A stretch of 64,000 bases of DNA from Armatimonadia bacterium (lineage in GTDB: Bacteria > Armatimonadota > Zipacnadia > Zipacnadales > UBA11051). Where the stretch lies: positions 1 through 64,000 of the forward strand of contig JBDKRC010000245.1 in the NCBI GenBank assembly GCA_039683575.1. Direction: 5' to 3'. The notes beneath the pieces were generated by a model. The model worked only from the letters and a program-made list of their open reading frames with translations, was not told where the DNA came from and made no database searches. The position numbers and the translations under genes are program-made. Below are positions 1 through 9,924 of this stretch, piece by piece. Positions within the stretch are counted from its first letter, which is position 1. The number at the start of each line of letters is the position of its first letter.

Positions 1-1216
1 TGCGGTGGTCGTAGAGAACGCGGCAGATATCCTTTTCGATTCCAGTGATGGGGCGCTTGTCATATTTCGTGAGGAGGGTGGGTGAGAAGGTGATGAGGGT
101 GCGGAAGGCCGGATCACGCGGCAGCGCGAAGTCGTAGACACGAAGGGCGAGCAGGGCTGCGCCCACCTTCTTGCCGTTTGAGACTATGTCCACCGCGCCG
201 CGGTAGGTTCCGGGCCTGGCATCAAGTGGAACTCTCACGCTGAGGAGAAAAGGGGTATTCTGTTCTGCGGAAGCTTCCACAGGAGCAGGCGGCAGCAGAG
301 GGTCGGGCGTGGCGCCGAGACGTGTGCTTTGGCGGTGCACAGTCTTGACCGTGGCGTAGCCGACGGGGGACCAGTCAATCTGGGCGGCGGCGATGGTTGA
401 GGGGCCTTTGAGGTCGTGGGGCAGAAGGCTTACCTGCTGCAGAGTCTGAGCGGGTGTTATCACCAGTTGGGCATAGGCCTGTTCATTTCGCGCGGCCGAT
501 AGCTGCAACTCTTTGGTCGGCTTGGCATAGTCGGGGACGCCGTCTTCGCGATAGACTTTGGCGGCAAGGTCATCCGCCCATAGCGTCAGGTCAGCAGTTT
601 TGCTCAGTATCTTTGCTGTCTGACAGACGCCTTGCTCGCTGCGAACGTAGGCCTGATAGAGCGTGGCGATCGCAGCAGGGAAGCTGCCTTCGTAGAGGCC
701 GAGGTCGTCAAACCAGGCGCCAACACCAGTGCCATCGCCCGTGTCATGGGTAGTGAGTACGGGAGCCAATGAGGTCTCATCTTCAGCCGTTGTATATACG
801 GCGAAGTGTTGCGTCCAGTCCTGCGTTGCGAACTGGCTGTCGTCAGGGAGAGTGCGCTGAGCCTTGTTGGTCTGCAGCCACACGTAGGCGCGGGCCTGCT
901 TGAGGTCCTGCGTCTTGCACCACCACGTGACGTAGTAGGTCGTGTTGGGCTTAACCGCGACGTCGGTGCCGGCGCAGGTGACGAAGGAGCGGGGCGAGAG
1001 GCCGACGCGGATGCTGCTCTTGCCGGAATGGGCCACTGTGCTGTCGGAGACGACATTGGTGCCCGGCTTGCCGAACTCTCCGCCGCGCCATCCGGCGGCG
1101 AAGCCGGAGGCGGTCAATTCCTCCATGCCCGGGTTCTGAAGCAGGTTGACAGGGTCCTGGGCGAAGGCATTGGCAGCGAGGCAGGCAAAGAGCAGGAGTA
1201 TGGCAAGCGGCTTCAT
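1..1216 (-). CDS. Secreted CBM4/9-containing putative glycoside hydrolase (DUF4091/GH123-like), truncated by the window edge
   Basis: Translated by hand (absent from the ORF track): MKPLAILLLFACLAANAFAQ signal peptide, NLLQNPGMEE...WFDDLGL CBM, then SAARNEQ...TPDPLLP...VPLDARPGTYRG...LRVYDFALP typical of DUF4091 proteins. SD AGAGG upstream; frame open to base 1. Confidence 0.75.
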   Translation of the reverse strand, partial: MKPLAILLLFACLAANAFAQDPVNLLQNPGMEELTASGFAAGWRGGEFGKPGTNVVSDSTVAHSGKSSIRVGLSPRSFVTCAGTDVAVKPNTTYYVTWWCKTQDLKQARAYVWLQTNKAQRTLPDDSQFATQDWTQHFAVYTTAEDETSLAPVLTTHDTGDGTGVGAWFDDLGLYEGSFPAAIATLYQAYVRSEQGVCQTAKILSKTADLTLWADDLAAKVYREDGVPDYAKPTKELQLSAARNEQAYAQLVITPAQTLQQVSLLPHDLKGPSTIAAAQIDWSPVGYATVKTVHRQSTRLGATPDPLLPPAPVEASAEQNTPFLLSVRVPLDARPGTYRGAVDIVSNGKKVGAALLALRVYDFALPRDPAFRTLITFSPTLLTKYDKRPITGIEKDICRVLYDHR

Positions 1217-1347
1217 CGGCGGCACCTCTTGGGGGTTGGATGGGGCCCAATTCGCAGTCGCGACCGGCAAACCTGCTTGAGCGGGCTGGAGCGGCGTCTT
1301 GACTAACGGAATATACTAGCGCGAACATCGCCTTGGGAGCTTGAGAC

Positions 1348-2325
1348 GTGGACCAGAAGCTGCTAATCGACACTATTCGGACCATGGTGGTCATACTCGG
1401 CGGGCTTATGGTGGGCTACTGCCTGCGGAAGTCTGGCTGGATGGCGGAAGAGAAGGGAAATACAGTCAACCGGATCGCGCTCGTGTGGGTGCAGCCATTT
1501 GTAATCGGGCTGGCGCTTTGGATGATGAAATCGGTGGACTGGCAGGCACTTTTGTTGCCTCTGTATGGCTTGGTGCTGATCCTGCTGATGTGGCCGGTGT
1601 CGGCAGCGGTGGGGCGGTGTATGCGCCTGGACCGGTCCAGTATGGGCGTGTTCGTGACGGCTTCGATGTTCTCCAATGTGGGCTTCACCTTTGGCACGTT
1701 TCTGTGCTATGTGGCGCTTGGGCCGCCGGGGGCGGCACTTGGGTCGCTCTACTGTGTCTCGTTCATGCCCAGCTTCTTTACTCTGGGCTTCTATACGGGG
1801 CGGCGGTACATGCCGAACGCCGCCGGGAGCATGTGGGGGGCTTTGAAGGAGCAGTTCCTGGATGCACAGACGCGCAACCCCGTTCTGGGGATACTGGCCG
1901 GGCTGCTGCTGAATGCTCTCCGGGTGCAGCAGCCGCCGGGTGCGGCGATGGCCATTGACGTGGCGATGCCTGCCACGACCGCGGCTTACCTGCTGGCGAT
2001 TGGTCTGGGGCTGCACCTGTCGGCGGTGAAAGACTATTGGCGGGAGTGCGTGCTGCTGCACATATCGAAATTCGCGCTCAGTCCTGTGGTGGGGCTGGCA
2101 CTGGCGCTGCCATTTGGGTACTGGTTCGGGCCGGATCGGAGCAACCTGGTTGTCTGCTTCATACAGGCGGCGGCCCCGGTGGCGATCATGTCGGTGATGC
2201 TGGCTGATATGTGCGGGCTCAACTCCAAGCTGGCAGGGGCTTTGTGGATCACGACGAATGTTACGGCAGTCTTTCTCGCGCCGCTGATCCTGATCGCGGC
2301 GCGGATGCTCCTTTCGGGAGGCTAG
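1348..2325 (+). CDS. AEC (auxin efflux carrier / Mem_trans) family transporter
   Basis: About 10 TM segments, FSNVGF, RNPVL, K-FALSP and QAAAPVA motifs; GTG start after GGGAG. Confidence 0.85.
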   Translation: MDQKLLIDTIRTMVVILGGLMVGYCLRKSGWMAEEKGNTVNRIALVWVQPFVIGLALWMMKSVDWQALLLPLYGLVLILLMWPVSAAVGRCMRLDRSSMGVFVTASMFSNVGFTFGTFLCYVALGPPGAALGSLYCVSFMPSFFTLGFYTGRRYMPNAAGSMWGALKEQFLDAQTRNPVLGILAGLLLNALRVQQPPGAAMAIDVAMPATTAAYLLAIGLGLHLSAVKDYWRECVLLHISKFALSPVVGLALALPFGYWFGPDRSNLVVCFIQAAAPVAIMSVMLADMCGLNSKLAGALWITTNVTAVFLAPLILIAARMLLSGG

Positions 2326-2327
2326 AG

Positions 2328-4094
2328 ATGGACCGCGGCTACGATTGGCGCAATATCCGTAATGGCTGCGAGATACCGACGGAGCACTACAGCGATCAGC
2401 CATACATCGTGAGGACCGATGATGGCGCGTGGCTGTGCACGGTGACGACCGGTGGCGGAGTTGAGGGGCAGCACGGCCAGCACGTCGTCAGCATGCGGAG
2501 CAACGACTGCGGCAGGACGTGGAGCGAACCCGTTGATGTTGAGCCGGCGGAGGGGCCGGAGGCATCATACGCCGCGCTGCTGAAGGTCCCTTCGGGCCGC
2601 GTTTACTGCTTCTACAACCATAACACGGACAACATGAGGGAAGTCATAGCGGACGACCCGCCGTTTGCCGGTGGGAAGTGCTCGCGCGTTGATTCCCTCG
2701 GCTACCATGTGTTCAAGTATAGCGACGATCACGGACGGACCTGGTCAGCGCGGCGGTATGCGATACCGATACGGGAAATGGACATTGACCGCCGCAATCC
2801 GTATGGGGGGAAGGTCCAGTTCTTCTGGAATGTCGGCAAGCCGTTCATCCACGACGGGGCGGCTTATGTATCGGTGCACAAGGTAGGGGGCTTCGGGGAA
2901 GGGTTCTTCACGCGGTCGGAGGGGGTGCTGATTAAGAGCAGCAACCTGGCGGTAGAGAACGACCCTGAGAAGATCACGTGGGAGACGCTGCAGGATTGGG
3001 ACTTTGGGATGCGGACGCCGCCGGGGGGCGGGCCGGTTGCGGAAGAGCAGAGCTATAGCGTACTGAGTGACGGGTCGTTCTATTGCGTGTACCGCACCGT
3101 GGACGGGCATCCGGTTGAGGCCTATAGCAGGGACGGCGGGCACACGTGGAGCGTGCCGCAGTACAAGGCCTTTGCGGCGGGGCACCTCATGAAGCACCCG
3201 CGCGCGGCGAATTTCGCGTGGAAGTGTGAGAACGGCAACTACCTGTACTGGTTTCACAACCATGGTGGCCATGACTATGAGGACCGGAACCCGGTATGGT
3301 TGTGCGGGGGTGTCGAGGCGGACGGGCCGGAGGGGAGGATCATCAAGTGGACGCAGCCGGAGATCATACTGTACGACGATGATCCTTTTGTGCGCATGAG
3401 CTACCCGGACCTCATTGAAGAGGACGGGCGGTACTTCATCACGGAGACGCAGAAGGATGTCGCGCGGGTGCATGAACTGGACCGGGCGCTGCTCGAGGGA
3501 CTGTGGGCACAGTTTGAGCGGGCGGAGGTGGCGCAGGAGGGGCTGCTGCTGGAAGTCAAAGCTCCTGTCCCGACGGAGGTAGGCATGCCGGTACTGCCGC
3601 CATTCTTGGCGCGGGATGGCAGCCGGGCCGACTATGGAACACTGGACCTGCGGCAGGGGTTTGCGTTGGATATGTGGTTGCGGCTGGAGGCGCTTGAGCC
3701 GGGGCAGGTACTGTTCGACACGCGCGACCAAACGGGGGCGGGCGTGGCGCTGGTGACGACAGAGACTGGGTCGGTTGAGGCTGTGCTCAATGACGGCCGG
3801 TGTGAACAGCGCTGGCGTAGTGATGGCAGCACGCTGCGGGTGGGCGAACTGCAGCATGTGGTCGTCAGCATGGATGGCGGGCCGAAGATCATTACGTTCG
3901 TGGTGGATGGCGTGTTGTGTGACGGGGGGGCCGAGAGGCAGTTTGGCTGGGGGAGATTCAGCCCGCATCTGCGCACGCCCCAGGGACGGAGCACCGCATG
4001 CCTGTCGCCTGCGGTGCAGGGGTTGCGGGTGTATGGTCGTTATTTGCGGACTTCAGAAGCAATCAGCAACTACAGAGCGGGCCTGGAGGGTTAG
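2328..4094 (+). CDS. BNR/Asp-box beta-propeller glycosidase (sialidase-like) with C-terminal LamG domain
   Basis: Asp-boxes SNDCGRTW, SDDHGRTW, SRDGGHTW; SYP motif; C-terminal HVVVSMDG...YGRYL LamG-like region; ATG 2328 after GGGAGG. Confidence 0.8.
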   Translation: MDRGYDWRNIRNGCEIPTEHYSDQPYIVRTDDGAWLCTVTTGGGVEGQHGQHVVSMRSNDCGRTWSEPVDVEPAEGPEASYAALLKVPSGRVYCFYNHNTDNMREVIADDPPFAGGKCSRVDSLGYHVFKYSDDHGRTWSARRYAIPIREMDIDRRNPYGGKVQFFWNVGKPFIHDGAAYVSVHKVGGFGEGFFTRSEGVLIKSSNLAVENDPEKITWETLQDWDFGMRTPPGGGPVAEEQSYSVLSDGSFYCVYRTVDGHPVEAYSRDGGHTWSVPQYKAFAAGHLMKHPRAANFAWKCENGNYLYWFHNHGGHDYEDRNPVWLCGGVEADGPEGRIIKWTQPEIILYDDDPFVRMSYPDLIEEDGRYFITETQKDVARVHELDRALLEGLWAQFERAEVAQEGLLLEVKAPVPTEVGMPVLPPFLARDGSRADYGTLDLRQGFALDMWLRLEALEPGQVLFDTRDQTGAGVALVTTETGSVEAVLNDGRCEQRWRSDGSTLRVGELQHVVVSMDGGPKIITFVVDGVLCDGGAERQFGWGRFSPHLRTPQGRSTACLSPAVQGLRVYGRYLRTSEAISNYRAGLEG

Positions 4095-4096
4095 TC

Positions 4097-6598
4097 ATGA
4101 TGAGATACATCTGCCTCTGCGTCGCCATCGCGGCCATGGCACCAGTGCATGCGGCAAAGGTCGTTCTCGCGAAGGGCGGTCAGCCCGCTGCGACGATCGT
4201 CATCCCTGACAAAGCGACGGATCGAGAGAAGCTGGCAGCGCAGGAACTCCAGCATTACGTGAAGGCCATCTGTGGTGTCGAACTGCCGGTGAAGAGCGAT
4301 GGCAAGCGGGTCGATGGTGCCGGGCTCTATATTGGCAAGACCGAGACAACACTCCCCGGTGACGTCCCCGGAAAGGAACTGAACCCGGAGACTTACGCGG
4401 TTCATGTTCGAGATGGTAACGTGTTCTTCACGGGCCGGTATCCGACGCCGACGTACTTTGCGGTGGCCTCCTTCATTGAGGACAGCCTCGGCGTGAGATG
4501 GTTCGCGCCGGGAGATGAATGGGAGTATGTGCCTACGGGTAAGCCTGGGCAGTTGACGGTTGAGGTCCGCGACCGAGTGACGGTGCCTGATACCTCGCCG
4601 CGGGTCTGGAGTGGTCACGATTGGAATCAGGATTGGAAGACGTGGAACCTGCGCAACAAGACGGTTCTGAGCGAGGTAGTACCGCGGCGGCAGTTCCAGA
4701 ATAACGTGTTCAAGGTCTTCCCGCCCTCGAAGTATGCGAAGACGCATCCGGAATACTATCCGCTTATCAACGGGAAGCGGTGGATTCCCAGCAGTGACAG
4801 CGACGCCTACTGGCGCCCGTGTGAGAGCAATCCCGAGGTTATCGCGCTGGTAGCCGACTATGCGCGGAAGTGGTTCGACACTCATCCCGACGTTGACAGC
4901 TTCTCCGTGGGCATGGACGACATCTCGCATATGTGCAGTTGCGACAACTGTCGCGCGTGGGACCCGCATCCGGACTCCTATGAGAAGGGACAGTTTTCCG
5001 ACCGTCACTACAAGTTCGTCAATGCGCTGGCCCGGGAGATCAAGAAGACTCACCCGGATCGCTATATCGGAACGCTCATCTACAACATTGCCCGTGATTT
5101 GCCGGAGACGGTGGATAAGCTTGAGGACAATGTCTTCGGGTTCATTACGGAGACTTCGGCGCTGTGGTGGGAGCCCGGACGCAAGCAGGCAGATCATGAC
5201 CTGACCCGGGAGTGGGCCAAGCGCTGCAAGCATCTGTCGCGTTATGACTACTTTGGGATGGGCGGGATTACTCCCCGAGTCTACCCGCACGCCATGGCAG
5301 AGCAGATCAAGTTCGACAAGTCGCTGGGAATGGAAGGCTGCTACATTGAGGTCTACACTTTCATGCCTAATACGGCCCCAATGATCTGGGCCTTCTCGAA
5401 GATGCAGTGGGACGGCAAGCAGGATGTGGACCGGCTGCTGGGCGAGTTCTATGCGGACATGTTTGGTCCGGCATCCGGCACGATGAAGCAGTACTTCGAT
5501 CTGCTGGAGCGCTCGTGGAATACGCCGCGCGAGGGACGCAAGGGCTGGGTACACCGGAACCTGCGGAATCAGGCTCTCGCCATGTCGCCTGATGATGTTG
5601 ACGAGGGGTTCCGGCTGCTGCGCAAGGCTTCTCGGGAAGCGGCCACTGATCTCCAGAAGCAGAGGATCGAGACCTTACGAGCGGCGCTGCAGTTTGGGAG
5701 CTATCCGATCAAGGCTTACGCGATGTCCAATAGCCTGGTCAAGCTCGACATCAACAGCGAGGCGACCGCCCAGAAGGCGCTCGAACAGATCGAGCAGATG
5801 GGGCGAATGGCGCGGGAGCGCGAAGCATTCTGGGCGGAGGCGCCTAAGCGTGATGACCTGTTGGGAGAGACGGTGCGCGGCCTGGGCGACATGGGATACA
5901 TGGCCGTGGGGCAGATGCCGCTGTTGGAGGCGGGGGCTACCGCTGCAGCCATGCGCGCTTTCAGTTGGTATATGGCGAACAAGCCTGAGAAGCTGGAGGA
6001 AGCGGTCGCGAAGCTGCAGGGCATGAGCGACAACAGTCTGGCTCAGGGGCTGAATGGCTGGCTGTGGGTCACGAAGAACAAGCCCGCAAACCTGCTGCAG
6101 AACGGGGACTTTGAGACCCCGGGGACGAACGCTGACAAGCCTGAAGCCGACTGGCAGACCGTTGGGGCTCCGCCCGGGTGGAATCGCTGGTCGAGTGGTG
6201 ACAAGGGCAGCTTCCGCGTCATCAAGGGCGTTGGCATCAACGGAAGCACCGCCGCTGCCATCACAGGCACCGGATCAGCCTGCTACCTGCGAACTGTGCC
6301 CGTGGAGGTGGGCGGGAAGTACCTGGTGATCGCATGGGTCAACGGTGAGCCGGATGCGATGACGGCGGGAGCCCAGTTGGGCGTCCGGTTCCAGAAGGCC
6401 GATGGAAGCTGGCATCCGCGACGGGAACTCGAGCCGACGATTCAGCCCCCGGCAGGGATGAAGGGTTGGCAGGCGCTCCTTCTGGCTGTCACAATCCCGC
6501 CCGAGGCAGGCCGGATCGTGATCATGCCGGGCGCGCGCGCCCAGGACGCTGATAAGACCGCACTGATTGATGATGTAGCCGTCTACAAGCTGCCGTGA
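4097..6598 (+). CDS. Secreted DUF4838-domain protein with N-terminal GH67/GH20b-like domain and C-terminal CBM4/9
   Basis: Signal peptide, AAQELQHYV...GVRWF, HPEYYPLING, SVGMDD...CSCDNC, C-terminal NLLQNGDFE...LIDDV. Confidence 0.8.
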   Translation: MMRYICLCVAIAAMAPVHAAKVVLAKGGQPAATIVIPDKATDREKLAAQELQHYVKAICGVELPVKSDGKRVDGAGLYIGKTETTLPGDVPGKELNPETYAVHVRDGNVFFTGRYPTPTYFAVASFIEDSLGVRWFAPGDEWEYVPTGKPGQLTVEVRDRVTVPDTSPRVWSGHDWNQDWKTWNLRNKTVLSEVVPRRQFQNNVFKVFPPSKYAKTHPEYYPLINGKRWIPSSDSDAYWRPCESNPEVIALVADYARKWFDTHPDVDSFSVGMDDISHMCSCDNCRAWDPHPDSYEKGQFSDRHYKFVNALAREIKKTHPDRYIGTLIYNIARDLPETVDKLEDNVFGFITETSALWWEPGRKQADHDLTREWAKRCKHLSRYDYFGMGGITPRVYPHAMAEQIKFDKSLGMEGCYIEVYTFMPNTAPMIWAFSKMQWDGKQDVDRLLGEFYADMFGPASGTMKQYFDLLERSWNTPREGRKGWVHRNLRNQALAMSPDDVDEGFRLLRKASREAATDLQKQRIETLRAALQFGSYPIKAYAMSNSLVKLDINSEATAQKALEQIEQMGRMAREREAFWAEAPKRDDLLGETVRGLGDMGYMAVGQMPLLEAGATAAAMRAFSWYMANKPEKLEEAVAKLQGMSDNSLAQGLNGWLWVTKNKPANLLQNGDFETPGTNADKPEADWQTVGAPPGWNRWSSGDKGSFRVIKGVGINGSTAAAITGTGSACYLRTVPVEVGGKYLVIAWVNGEPDAMTAGAQLGVRFQKADGSWHPRRELEPTIQPPAGMKGWQALLLAVTIPPEAGRIVIMPGARAQDADKTALIDDVAVYKLP

Positions 6599-6615
6599 TG
6601 AGGAGGAGTTTGAAC

Positions 6616-7191
6616 ATGCGTGTTGTGGCATTCAATGGGAGTCCTCGGCCGAAGGGCAACACCTCGCTGCTGATCGGGCGGGTATTCGAGGAATTGCAGG
6701 CAGAGGGTATCGAGACGGAGTTGGTGCAAGTGGGCGGCCAGCCGATCCATGGTTGTCGTGCCTGCTATGCGTGCTTCAAGAAGGCCAATGGGCACTGCGT
6801 ATTCGATGATGACATTCTCAACCAGTGCGTCGACAAGATGCGTGAGGCTGACGGTATCATCCTTGGCTCGCCGACCTATTACGCCAACATCAGTTCCGAG
6901 CTAAAGGCTCTCATTGACCGGGCGGGGCTGGTGAATGGCGCCAATGGTGGCTTCCTGAAGCACAAAGTGGCGGCGGCGGTCATTGCAGTACGGCGCGCGG
7001 GCGCTGTCACGGCTTTTGACGCGATCAACCACTTCTTCTTCAGCGCCCAGATGGTCATCCCGGGGTCCTCGTACTGGAGCCTTGGTGTGGGGCGCGAGAT
7101 CGGAGAAGTGCTGGAAGATGAGGAAGGGCAACGGACGATGGAGAATCTCGGCAAGAACATGGCGTGGCTGCTCAAGAAGCTACACGCGTGA
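6616..7191 (+). CDS. Iron-sulfur flavoprotein / NADPH-dependent FMN reductase (flavodoxin family)
   Basis: GSPRPKGNT, CRACYAC...C cluster motif, LGSPTY; SD AGGAGG. Confidence 0.9.
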   Translation: MRVVAFNGSPRPKGNTSLLIGRVFEELQAEGIETELVQVGGQPIHGCRACYACFKKANGHCVFDDDILNQCVDKMREADGIILGSPTYYANISSELKALIDRAGLVNGANGGFLKHKVAAAVIAVRRAGAVTAFDAINHFFFSAQMVIPGSSYWSLGVGREIGEVLEDEEGQRTMENLGKNMAWLLKKLHA

Positions 7192-7199
7192 GGGCTGAC

Positions 7200-8402
7200 A
7201 TGATCTCAGCAAGAGGCTACGCTGGCGCGACGCTGGTCGGGGTGCTGCTGCTCGCCGTGGTAGTGCCTCCGGCTTCGGCAGTTGAGATACCTGCGGCCGA
7301 TGTGGTGCTGAAGTGTGAGATTGAGAACTTCGGCACTAACGCCGGCCTGAGTGCCATGGTCATCCCGGGGGCGTCCGGTGACATGGCTATGGCCCTTACT
7401 TCTGAGGCTATGGCCGCGGCGGGCGTCAAGCTCCCTCAGGGGGAGTACACGCTGCTGCTGCGGACGTTTGCGCCGGCAGGCGATCAGGACGGTTTCTTTG
7501 TTGAGATCAATGGCGTGCGCACACGGCGGGTGGCGCCTATCGGCCGGTGGGGAGTGGTGGCCTTCCCGTTCAGTGTGAAGGGCACAGAGCCATCCACGGT
7601 CAGCGTCATCGGTCAGGAAGCGGGGATGGTGGTTGATCAGGTGGTGGTTGTCCGAGGCACCTATAGTGATGACGAAGTGGATGTAGTCAAGCTGCCGATG
7701 AGCAGCCAGGGCCGGCAACTGGCGCTGAGTGAGATGCCACGCTTCAGAATGCCGGCGCGTCTGCAGACACTGCCACAGAAGCCGACTACGTCGGGGCCCG
7801 ATGTCCTGTGTCGTCAGAGCTTTGACGGCGCGGTCGCTGGCGTCAGTGGAGAGCACCACCAGGGCGAGGGGAAGTGGGGGCAGGCGGTCTATCTGGATGC
7901 CCCGGACGGGCGGCTTGACCTGGACACGCGAGGTATCAAGTTCGGCCCCACTGGAACCATCGAATGGTGGGTGAAGCCCCGACCGGCCCAGCGGCTGTGG
8001 CATGATCAGGGATGGCATTACTTCCTATATGCTGCTCCCGCAGTCGCCGAGGGGCTGCAGATTGATCTCAGTCGCCATCCGTCTACGAATCTGCGGTTGA
8101 GCTTCACACAGGCGAAGTCGGAGGAGAGCGTGGAGCTTTCGACGACTTCAGCCGGTCTCGATGAATGGCACCACATACTGGTGTCGTGGGACCTCAGCGG
8201 AGAGAGTCAACGCGTTTGGCTGCTGTTTGATGGGGTTGGGCTGCGCAGCCAGTTCCCCAAGACATTCAGCGTGCCCGCCTTCTGTACGCTTCAGTTCTGC
8301 AATATGCCCGCTGGCTGGGATGTTCCGCTGCTGCCGGTGGATGGTGGCCTGGATGAGGTGGTCATCAGCCGTCAGAGCGTCGCTGTGCGGCTGTCGAAGT
8401 AG
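7200..8402 (+). CDS. Secreted protein with carbohydrate-binding beta-sandwich and LamG-like domains
   Basis: Signal peptide; GKWGQAV, GTIEWWVKP, WHHILVSWD, GGLDEVVIS LamG motifs. Confidence 0.7.
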   Translation: MISARGYAGATLVGVLLLAVVVPPASAVEIPAADVVLKCEIENFGTNAGLSAMVIPGASGDMAMALTSEAMAAAGVKLPQGEYTLLLRTFAPAGDQDGFFVEINGVRTRRVAPIGRWGVVAFPFSVKGTEPSTVSVIGQEAGMVVDQVVVVRGTYSDDEVDVVKLPMSSQGRQLALSEMPRFRMPARLQTLPQKPTTSGPDVLCRQSFDGAVAGVSGEHHQGEGKWGQAVYLDAPDGRLDLDTRGIKFGPTGTIEWWVKPRPAQRLWHDQGWHYFLYAAPAVAEGLQIDLSRHPSTNLRLSFTQAKSEESVELSTTSAGLDEWHHILVSWDLSGESQRVWLLFDGVGLRSQFPKTFSVPAFCTLQFCNMPAGWDVPLLPVDGGLDEVVISRQSVAVRLSK

Positions 8403-8435
8403 AGTTGCCTCCAAGAAACGGCAGAGGTTGGTCCC

Positions 8436-9830
8436 ATGCGTTACTTGCTCACTGGCATCGTGTTGCTGGCCTTCATTACGCCTTGCCTGGCGCTTGACCA
8501 GACGCTGGTGCAGCAGGCTGAAGAGGCCTTACTCAAGACGACGACCTATCTGACAACGAAGGTTGCCGTGGGCGGCGGCTATGCGGGGACCTATCTGCCT
8601 GACCTGAGTGATCAGTGGGGCGAGGAGCACGTAACCCGCTCGGAAAACTGGGTCCAACCGCCCGGCTCCCCCAGCACCGGCTTCGCGTTCCTGCGGGCGT
8701 GGGAGGCTACAGGCAACCGGGCGCATCTGGAGGCGGCGAAAGAGGTCGCGAACTCGCTTGTGTATGGGCAACTTGAGTGTGGTGGCTGGGACTACACCTT
8801 TGACCACTCGCCAGCAGGAGCAAAGGCCTGGTACTACCGGCACAACGCGAACAGCAACGATCCCTCCCTGAAGCAGGGCAGGAACCGGGCCACGTTTGAT
8901 GACAATGTCACGCAACACTGCACACGACTGCTGATGGCTGTGGACAAGGCCCTGGAGCAGAAGGACACTGCGATACATGAAGCGGCGCTGGCGGCATTGG
9001 AGTTCATGCTCAAAGCTCAGCACGAGAGCGGCGGGTGGCCGCAGCGGTATCCCCCGACAGGCACTGGCTACGGCGACTTCTTCACCTTCAACGACGAGAC
9101 CATCGCCGATTGTGCCGATGTGATGATGATTGCGTACAAGACGTATGGCGATGAGCGCTATGCCGCCGCGGTGCGCAAGTGCGGGGAGTTCATCATACGT
9201 GTGCAGCTTCCCGAGCCGCAAGCCACATGGGCGCAGCAGTATGACTTTGACCTCAAGCCAGCCTGGGCGCGGCGATTTGAGCCGCCCGCAGCCTGCGGGG
9301 GCGAGAGCATCGGCGTCATGCGGCTGCTCATCAACATCGCGCTATTCACGGAGGATGAGAAGTATCTCAAGCCACTCCCTGCGGCCTTTGCCTGGTATGA
9401 GCGCTCCAAGCTGCCAAGCGGTAAGTGGGCGCGTTTCTACGAACTCAAAACGAACCGTCCCCTATACTTCACCCGCGATACCTATTGGCTGACGTATTCG
9501 GACGCTGACATGCCCACGCACTACTCGTTCCAGGGCAACTGGAATCCTGCGTCGGTCCAACGCACGTACAGTGAGATCATGGCAAAGGGGCTGGCACAGT
9601 ACAAGCAGGAACAGGCTCCCAAAGCTCTGACAGGAGCGCAGCGGGTTCAGGCGGCGGAAGCGCGGGAGGCGAAGGTGCGTGAAGTGCTGGCGGCGCAGGA
9701 CGAGCAGGGGCGATGGGTTACTACAAGTGGCGGGGATGTCCCCGCCGGTCCGCAGCGTCTGGCGATGGACGTCTTCCAGGCCAGGATGAAGGTTCTGAGT
9801 GACTATATCGCCCTCGCAAAGGCACAATAG
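8436..9830 (+). CDS. Pectate lyase-like protein, PL10/PelA family
   Basis: Signal peptide; ATFDDNVT, GGWPQRYP, TFND, WAQQYD, PAWARRFEP motifs. Confidence 0.8.
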   Translation: MRYLLTGIVLLAFITPCLALDQTLVQQAEEALLKTTTYLTTKVAVGGGYAGTYLPDLSDQWGEEHVTRSENWVQPPGSPSTGFAFLRAWEATGNRAHLEAAKEVANSLVYGQLECGGWDYTFDHSPAGAKAWYYRHNANSNDPSLKQGRNRATFDDNVTQHCTRLLMAVDKALEQKDTAIHEAALAALEFMLKAQHESGGWPQRYPPTGTGYGDFFTFNDETIADCADVMMIAYKTYGDERYAAAVRKCGEFIIRVQLPEPQATWAQQYDFDLKPAWARRFEPPAACGGESIGVMRLLINIALFTEDEKYLKPLPAAFAWYERSKLPSGKWARFYELKTNRPLYFTRDTYWLTYSDADMPTHYSFQGNWNPASVQRTYSEIMAKGLAQYKQEQAPKALTGAQRVQAAEAREAKVREVLAAQDEQGRWVTTSGGDVPAGPQRLAMDVFQARMKVLSDYIALAKAQ

Positions 9831-9924
9831 AAGACCACATAGTCCAAGGCGACTAAAGGGATTACCCTCACGGTTGGGGAAAGTGCACGACGAACGACTT
9901 CGATAACCGGAAGAGGGTATATAG